Assembly (NCBI GenBank): GCA_044892525.1
Contig: CM097885.1
Span: 6,822,001 to 6,882,000, forward strand
Source of the DNA: Schmidtea polychroa
Taxonomy: Eukaryota
Length of the DNA stretch: 60,000 bases
Direction: 5' to 3'
Below the pieces are notes generated by a model. It did not search any database. It saw only the letters and a list, made by a program, of their open reading frames with translations, and was not told where the DNA came from. Positions 53,359 to 60,000 of this stretch are shown here, piece after piece. The translations under genes were made by a program, and so were the position numbers. Position 1 is the first letter of the stretch; every line of letters begins with the position of its first letter.

Positions 53359-53406
53359 GGATTTTTACTATAAGGATTTTTACTATATGAATTTACTACT
53401 AAAGAA

Positions 53407-54171
53407 ATGGAGCTTCACAACCCTCCGGAAGATAATTTAAAAAAAATGGTAAACATAATGTCAGATAAATATTCAAGAACTTTATCTATAAATTCAAAAG
53501 AATCAGACTTTACTATAAACTTTCAAGATTCAATTAAATTAGATCAAAATTTAAATTATGAATTGGGGCTATTATGGTTTTGTGCTTATAATACTATTTT
53601 TAATATAACTAAAGATAATAATAAATTTACTATTCAAACTCGTGATGGGCATAAACCAGAAATTATAACAATAGAACCTGGGGCATATGAGATAAAAGAT
53701 TTAAATGATATACTTTCTAAAAAAACAAATGAAGGAATTAAAATTAAAATGGATATACCAACTTCAAAATGTGTAATGACTTTGAAGAATATAAAAATTA
53801 GTTTTTTAGATAATTGTTTCTTTCACACAGTTTTAGGATTTAAACCTATGGATATAACAATAAAAGAAGATAAAATAATAACATCAGAACATATTATAAA
53901 AATAATAAATACAAACACAATAAATATTCATTGCGATTGTATAACAGGTTCTTATAATAATGGTAAACAAACAAATGTTTTATATTCCTTTCCCTCAAAC
54001 ACAGTTCCTATGGGATATAAAATAGTTGAAAGAATGAATCCTCCAAATTATTTACCTTTATGTAGAAAATATATAATGGATATTAATTTTAAAATTCTTA
54101 ATCAAGAAGGAGAATTGATTGATTTTAATGGAGAAGAGATTTCAATGTATTTACATTTGAAACAGGTTTAA
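53407..54171 (+). CDS. Minor capsid protein (penton, single jelly-roll)
   Basis: IKLD..YELGL, IEPGAYEI, INIHCDCI..SY.NG...VLYSF, G.LIDFNGE motifs. Confidence 0.85.
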   Translation: MELHNPPEDNLKKMVNIMSDKYSRTLSINSKESDFTINFQDSIKLDQNLNYELGLLWFCAYNTIFNITKDNNKFTIQTRDGHKPEIITIEPGAYEIKDLNDILSKKTNEGIKIKMDIPTSKCVMTLKNIKISFLDNCFFHTVLGFKPMDITIKEDKIITSEHIIKIINTNTINIHCDCITGSYNNGKQTNVLYSFPSNTVPMGYKIVERMNPPNYLPLCRKYIMDINFKILNQEGELIDFNGEEISMYLHLKQV

Positions 54172-54197
54172 CGAAGTCCATTTTAAATTATTAATAA

Positions 54198-55208
54198 ATG
54201 AGTTCTTATATTCCATGTAATAGAGGTGGTGGAACAATAAAAACAGGGTTTAATACAGAAGAAATATTAACTTTAACAGAAAATAAATATATTAATGAAA
54301 GAGGTGATTCAATGAAGGGTGATTTAATTTTAAATGGACACAAGATAAAAGAATTATCTTTTCCAACTGATGAAGCTGATGCAGTTAATAAGAAATATGT
54401 AGATGGTGTTAAAAAATATACTGATTTAACAACAACAAGAATTGAAAGTTCATTAACAACAAAAATTGATTCAATGGAATCAAAGCTTAATAATATCGAA
54501 CAACGATTTAATGATAAATTTGACAAGTTACAAAGTCTGTTAACTGAACAAGTTGTAAAGTTAAATACTGCTATATTAAATTCTAAAGATAAACAAATTA
54601 TGAATACTAAATTTAATGCAATATATAATATAATAAATGAGATGATTACATCATTTAATAAAAGAATTTCAAATTTAGAGTCTCATGGAACACACATTAA
54701 CACCACACATAGTATTAGAAAAAGAGCTGCTGAATTAGAACAGAATAAAACATTATTACCCCATACATATAAACATTTTATAGAACCAAGTTTAATAACA
54801 ACAAACAGTAAAGAATGGGGTGTTTTTATGGTTGTAAAAATTATTGATCCTTATTTCTTTTTGTTTGATGATGATAATGAAAGAATGAAATGGTTTGTGA
54901 AATGTGATTATAATAGTAAGCTTGAAAAGGGTGATGTTATAATGACTAGTTATGATTTACCACACGGAGATTGGTATGTTAATACTCATTCACATGGACT
55001 ACATAAAGTTAAAAGTAAGAATATTCATTTTTCTAGTTCACTTGTACAATATATAGATTTAATATTTTATGAAAAAAAGGTTGATGTTGATGAAGTTCGT
55101 AAAGCATTGAGAGAATTGTATAAAGATATCCTCTCAACAAGAGTTTCTTTTGATATCCGAGTATTGGTGCCAGATGGTGCTCAGAAGAATAAAGTCTTAT
55201 TTTTTTAA
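54198..55208 (+). CDS. Putative fibre/spike-like protein
   Basis: GDSMKGDLILNGHKIKEL..P....DAVNKKYVD fibre-shaft-like motif, long coiled coil, C-terminal globular region. Confidence 0.6.
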   Translation: MSSYIPCNRGGGTIKTGFNTEEILTLTENKYINERGDSMKGDLILNGHKIKELSFPTDEADAVNKKYVDGVKKYTDLTTTRIESSLTTKIDSMESKLNNIEQRFNDKFDKLQSLLTEQVVKLNTAILNSKDKQIMNTKFNAIYNIINEMITSFNKRISNLESHGTHINTTHSIRKRAAELEQNKTLLPHTYKHFIEPSLITTNSKEWGVFMVVKIIDPYFFLFDDDNERMKWFVKCDYNSKLEKGDVIMTSYDLPHGDWYVNTHSHGLHKVKSKNIHFSSSLVQYIDLIFYEKKVDVDEVRKALRELYKDILSTRVSFDIRVLVPDGAQKNKVLFF

Positions 55209-55216
55209 TTATTAAA

Positions 55217-55813
55217 ATGGAAGAAGTAAGAGAAGAAAAATTTTACCCCGAATTGAGATCATCAGGATATTATTCTTCCAAGGCCTCGGCTCCCACAGAA
55301 CTTGAAATTATGAGAGTAAAAGAATTTAAATCAGAAACCTTACATTTACAAGATTTATTAAAGCATTATAAAAAAATTAAAAATAGATGGAATAAAGGGA
55401 ATACAGTTTTAAAAGTTATAGGTTATTCTTTAGGATTTGCATCTGCAATATTAACAGTTATTTTACCCATAACTTTACCAGTTGTTACTCTTGCACCTGT
55501 AATACTTGGAAGTATTTCTGTGGCTGATGGTTTCTTAACTGAAATAGTTTCATTATCTTATACTTCTAAAAAGAAAAGTTTATATAGAGAAGTTTGTTTA
55601 TCAATAGAATTAGGAATCTCTAAATTATTTTTATTTCAATTAAAAGCTTTGGAAGATGGAATCCTGACAGACGAAGAAATAATGAAATCAAATCAAATAA
55701 TACAAGATATAAAGAATGAGGTTATAAGATTAAAAAGGGAGGGCATGGTGGCTAATGTTATAAGTAATAAAAAAACATCTCGAGAAAAATGGTTAAAGAA
55801 TTCTTACTTATAA
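55217..55813 (+). CDS. Putative two-TM membrane protein
   Basis: 198-aa ORF with a hydrophobic hairpin VLKVIGYSLGFASAILTVILPITLPVVTLAPVILGSISV. Confidence 0.7.
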   Translation: MEEVREEKFYPELRSSGYYSSKASAPTELEIMRVKEFKSETLHLQDLLKHYKKIKNRWNKGNTVLKVIGYSLGFASAILTVILPITLPVVTLAPVILGSISVADGFLTEIVSLSYTSKKKSLYREVCLSIELGISKLFLFQLKALEDGILTDEEIMKSNQIIQDIKNEVIRLKREGMVANVISNKKTSREKWLKNSYL

Positions 55814-55907
55814 AATGGGTGTATTTTTAAAAAAGTAGATCAGGTTGCTATAGTTGCTTAAATTAATTGTCGACATTTTATTATTAAAAAATTAAATATC
55901 GTTTGTT

Positions 55908-56425
55908 TCAGTTATGGTTGAAAGCCAACCTATGAATCATTAATTTATGATCTTTAAATTCTTTATCACTTAGACCTTTTATATATTCAGGATCAGTATT
56001 AAAATATTTAAGTTCTAAACATATAGGATTAAAAACTTGAGAATATAAAGGTTTCTCGATTTCTCTCTCGGGATAAATAATTTCAACATTATAAATATCA
56101 AGATCAGTAATCTTTGTATCATATAACTTATTCAACTTTTCTAGATTTTTTATTATAGGGATTAAATTATGAATCTTTTATCATCATAATTTGATAATGA
56201 TACTTTTTGAGATTCTATCAAGTGAACATCATGGTTTTCACTTTTAAGTTGATGTATTTCATCAATTTTATCTTTATGATTTGGATTCAATGTATCTATA
56301 TAATCTTGATGAGAAAGATTCTTTGCCACCACTCTCTGTATTCCTTTACATCTGTTATCCTTTAAATTAGTAATATTTTTTATAATTTCAAAAATGTTAT
56401 TTTCTTGATTTTTAGTTTCCATCAT
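55908..56425 (-). pseudogene. Frameshifted stand-alone paralogue of the pPolB C-terminal region
   Basis: KGIQ..HQDY..HQLKSENH..NYDDKRFI and LELKYFNTDPEYI align with the last ~165 aa of pPolB. Confidence 0.85.
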
Positions 56426-56449
56426 TTTATAGTGTTAAAATTCTAATTC

Positions 56450-59400
56450 TTAGACCAGTCGTAATTGATTTATAATTATTTCTGCAGTAATGCTTTTTAA
56501 CATTAATTTATGTGATTTAAAGTCTTCTGGTGTTAGTCCTTGGATATATTCAGGATCAGTATTAAAATATTTAAGTTCTATAGGTTTTATATTTTGAACT
56601 TGATTATATAAAGGTTTAGGAATTAATATTTCAGGATATTGGATTTCTACTTTAGCAAGTTGAAGGTCTGTAATCTCTAGGTTATAAATTTCATTTATTT
56701 TATCAAGATTTTTTATTATAGGGATTAAATCATTTCCAATAGGTAATGTTGTCTTCAAGTCAGAAAGTATAAATCTTTTATCATCATAATTTGTTATAGC
56801 AATCTTGTTACACTCTTCAAGATATATATTATGTTTCTCTGATTTAAGATGATGGGTTTTAGCAATTTTATTTTTATAATTTATATTTAATGAATCTTTA
56901 TACTCTTGATGTGTGAAGGTTTTTGACACTGATTTTTGAATTCCTTTACTTTTATTTTCTTTATAGCTTTTCGGGTTTTCAGGGAATGAAGGATATTCAA
57001 ATGTGTGATCTATTTCAACAGATCCTTCTCCCTCCCCTATTATAAATTTTATTGTATGCTCTTTCATAATTGGTTTGTCTTTCATTTCAAGAGAATATTG
57101 TTTAGGTCTAATAAACACTCCTCCACTTATTGGAGTATTTGGTTTTTCATCTTTAAAAGTAAATAATTCTCCAGAGTTGTTTATTAATTTATTTAAGGTT
57201 TCGTTTTCACTTATTTCCTTTTTTAAATCTTTACTATGACCTTTTAAAAACATACTATCAGTGTCCATAGCATGCATGGATATTCGATCTCCAAAATGTG
57301 GTACTAGAACATCATAGTAGGCTTCATACATTTGAAGCTTTGAAAGTTCTAAAATTGAAAACCCTATAAAGATTGGTTTATTATAAGTTTTTACAGAGTT
57401 TTTAATCTCTATGGCTATAAGGTTACTAGAGAATATCTCGGCATTTTTAAATGTGGGCTTTCCAATTATCCGGTTGTACCTATTAAGGTCTTTTGATGTA
57501 TTGGTCAAAAGCTCTACACGTGTGTACTTGTCTATATTCTCCATGGTCTTTCCAAAGACCGCATTGTTCAGGAGTTTGTAAATCATATCAAGAAATGCAT
57601 TTCCAGCTCTCTTTGCTGCATTTCTTTTCAAAATATTTCCCTCTATGAATTTTTTCATAAAAGGGGCTTGTCGAAATTTAATAATGGAATGTACTTTTTT
57701 TAAAACCATTCCATGGGAGAGATAAAACTGAAGGAGTCTATAATGACAAAGGTAATCAGTTTTATCGGTCTGATCGCATAAAAGTTTTATACAGGGCGAT
57801 CTATCCTGAGCCATCTGCCAGTCTGAAAGTTCTTCAGTCGAGATCTTTCTTCTTACTGGAGCAAATGGAAAGAATCTTGTCCTGGATTTTATTTCATTGG
57901 GATATTCAAGATCGCATTCTATGACATATCCAAATTGAGAATCTTTTGGTGTTTTTAGAATTTCTTGTATTAATTCCTCAGTGGGCTCTTCCCAGGTGAA
58001 CTTGCCAATTGGAAGGTATTGAGTCATTACTCCCGCATATAAAGCTGTTGCATCTATATACATTATTTCAGAAGGATTAGAAAGACCTTCCATTATTTCC
58101 TTACGATCTTCTGGGTTTGTTATTTCTACATATAGAGCATCAGGATCTTTGAAAAATTTAGGATAAAGAGTTGTAAAATTATTAGCATTTATTTCTCTAT
58201 TCCCTTGTACTGAAGAAATACCTCCTCTAATATTATGTTTATATACATTAAACATATCAAGCTCAACTAATAATTCAATAGTTTTATTTCTTACTGCTAC
58301 ATCTTCATCAGTCCATATGGTATATAATAATATATCCCAAGCTAGAGAGGGAGCGGTTATATAATTATAAGGTTTTAATTCAAAAGCTTTTGAAAATGTC
58401 TCGAAGCAATCAGCTAAGATATAAACATCCAAGGAAAGATACATGTCAGTATATTCTCCAAGGTTTCTACAGTTGAATAGATTCCACATTTTAACTGCAC
58501 GGGAATATTCCTGATCAGAAATCCCTGATTGTGTTAAAACAGAAAAGAAATCTTCTTGGGGTGGGAGTAATTCATTATATTTTTCAAAGGAGTCTATATA
58601 ATCATATGGATAGATTCCTTTTGCTAGACAGGTATTATATTCCTCTAATGGAATATTGTTTTTTAATAACACATGTTCTTTTGTATATTTAAAATCCTCA
58701 GGGTTCATAGTTTTAGCAATCCCATCCAAAGACATCCCTAAGAAATTTAACGAGTCCAAAAACTTAAAGCATCCATATTGAATGCTTTTATATTTTTCTT
58801 TTGTAAGTCCAATAACCTTGAAAGAGTTTTTAGCATTTGCGGCCAGATGCTTAATGAATAGGTGAATATCATAGCCAAAAAGATTGTGAAATATAAATGG
58901 TATGTGTGTTGGTTTTTTACAATTGAGATTACATTTTTTATGGGCTGCTCCTCTGTAATTATTTTCTCTTTTAAAATGATCATGGTCTGCAACCTTTGGC
59001 TCCTCATCCTCAAACTCTTGTTTACACATCCAGCAGTGTGTTGCATTTTTATATTCTTCCTCTTGTTCTTCTGAAAAATTCATAGGAAAGTTGGATTTTA
59101 ATATTATATATAATTCATGTTCTAGATTATTTAAAGTTTTAACAAAATGATCTAGAGTCTCTTTGTCAGAAGTTCCTCTAAATGAATATTCTCTAGATTC
59201 TACAAGTTCTGGATAATTACTTTTAAAAAACATTTTATAAGCAGAGGGTAATTGTTTTGTTAGTTTTACAGTATTAGTTTTTGTTCGTCTTAGTTTTACA
59301 TTTATAGCTTCAAAATCACAATAAACCACTCCCAATGCTTCTAATAGATTGGAATAGTTTTTAAACCTCATATTAGCATTTTTCTTGTGTGGCATTTTTA

Positions 59401-60000
59401 TTAAAGCAGGTTGATTCTTACAACAGAGTCTCTCATGTTTAATAGCAGCAAGTTTTGAACTTGAATGATATAAACATCTTTTACAACATATGCCTCCACG
59501 AATGAGTGTGTTTCCTTTCATAAAACTTTGAAAATTCTTTATTAAGATATAATGAAGTTTTTTATCTAACATAGTGCCTCCGGACGCAGTGCTTTCTGCT
59601 TCTGGTTCTAATGAAATGCCTTCTTCTGCTTCTCTCCTCGGGTGAACGCTTTGAACCTCTTCACCATATTCTTCTCCATCAAAGTCTTCATCTGGTTTAC
59701 CTTCTTCTAATATTAAAAGATCTACTTCTCTCTTTTCATCTGAGATTTCCATGTTAGAAATGTAAATAGGAATAATGTGTTTATAATTTTTATTTTTTCT
59801 AGTTTTTGTAATTTTGGTTGGAATGAATTGATAAATATTAATTTTAAGATTATTTAATTTTTCAAATGCTGGAACATCTTCAATTTTCATTGGGTGGGAA
59901 AAATCTTTTGGATAAATTAATTCAGATTCATATTCTTCATATTTTTGAACTCTCTGTGGGTTAGTTGCTTGAGGATGTAAGTGTGCAAGTATTGACCATT
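56450..60000 (-). CDS. pPolB: Protein-primed family B DNA polymerase; 5' end lies beyond the window
   Basis: Frame open to the window edge (WSILAHLHP...); exonuclease CDFE, HNLFGYD, YLSLDV; EndoVII-like CWMC..DHDH..YRGAAHKKCN; polymerase YIDATALY, KLLNNAVFGK, MDTDS. Confidence 0.97.
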   Translation of the reverse strand, partial: WSILAHLHPQATNPQRVQKYEEYESELIYPKDFSHPMKIEDVPAFEKLNNLKINIYQFIPTKITKTRKNKNYKHIIPIYISNMEISDEKREVDLLILEEGKPDEDFDGEEYGEEVQSVHPRREAEEGISLEPEAESTASGGTMLDKKLHYILIKNFQSFMKGNTLIRGGICCKRCLYHSSSKLAAIKHERLCCKNQPALIKMPHKKNANMRFKNYSNLLEALGVVYCDFEAINVKLRRTKTNTVKLTKQLPSAYKMFFKSNYPELVESREYSFRGTSDKETLDHFVKTLNNLEHELYIILKSNFPMNFSEEQEEEYKNATHCWMCKQEFEDEEPKVADHDHFKRENNYRGAAHKKCNLNCKKPTHIPFIFHNLFGYDIHLFIKHLAANAKNSFKVIGLTKEKYKSIQYGCFKFLDSLNFLGMSLDGIAKTMNPEDFKYTKEHVLLKNNIPLEEYNTCLAKGIYPYDYIDSFEKYNELLPPQEDFFSVLTQSGISDQEYSRAVKMWNLFNCRNLGEYTDMYLSLDVYILADCFETFSKAFELKPYNYITAPSLAWDILLYTIWTDEDVAVRNKTIELLVELDMFNVYKHNIRGGISSVQGNREINANNFTTLYPKFFKDPDALYVEITNPEDRKEIMEGLSNPSEIMYIDATALYAGVMTQYLPIGKFTWEEPTEELIQEILKTPKDSQFGYVIECDLEYPNEIKSRTRFFPFAPVRRKISTEELSDWQMAQDRSPCIKLLCDQTDKTDYLCHYRLLQFYLSHGMVLKKVHSIIKFRQAPFMKKFIEGNILKRNAAKRAGNAFLDMIYKLLNNAVFGKTMENIDKYTRVELLTNTSKDLNRYNRIIGKPTFKNAEIFSSNLIAIEIKNSVKTYNKPIFIGFSILELSKLQMYEAYYDVLVPHFGDRISMHAMDTDSMFLKGHSKDLKKEISENETLNKLINNSGELFTFKDEKPNTPISGGVFIRPKQYSLEMKDKPIMKEHTIKFIIGEGEGSVEIDHTFEYPSFPENPKSYKENKSKGIQKSVSKTFTHQEYKDSLNINYKNKIAKTHHLKSEKHNIYLEECNKIAITNYDDKRFILSDLKTTLPIGNDLIPIIKNLDKINEIYNLEITDLQLAKVEIQYPEILIPKPLYNQVQNIKPIELKYFNTDPEYIQGLTPEDFKSHKLMLKSITAEIIINQLRLV

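Larger units (their letters stand above)
46293..60000. mobile_element. Polinton/Maverick (adintovirus-like) endogenous virus; runs off the window, left boundary uncertain
   Basis: Dense intronless cluster with pPolB, rve integrase, packaging ATPase, adenain protease and major and minor capsid genes. Confidence 0.95.

Overview
AT-rich animal genomic DNA. A planarian-like flatworm host is an inference from the 42-50 bp introns, (ATT)n satellites, a TRAF gene and an 18S remnant. Bases 1-37 kb are host DNA and transposon debris: the last two exons of a GRK2/beta-ARK-like kinase, three decayed hAT transposons (two nested), a Helitron-type element, several MITEs, an internally deleted 18S rDNA pseudogene, a four-exon TRAF gene and a decayed Penelope-like retroelement. 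Bases 37-46.3 kb hold tandem arrays and a near-perfect 5.3 kb inverted repeat (2373 bp arms) carrying copies of a palindromic ~90 bp motif. From ~46.3 kb to the window end lies a largely intact Polinton/Maverick (adintovirus-like) endogenous virus encoding major and minor capsids, a PLA2-integrase fusion, packaging ATPase, pX-like core protein, adenain protease, a fibre-like protein and pPolB. The most striking signal is a non-coding cassette just upstream of the capsid gene: three tandem tRNA-like Pol III units plus a convergent, highly structured RNA-like element, reminiscent of adenovirus VA RNAs. All calls come from reading motifs by eye; no searches were run.
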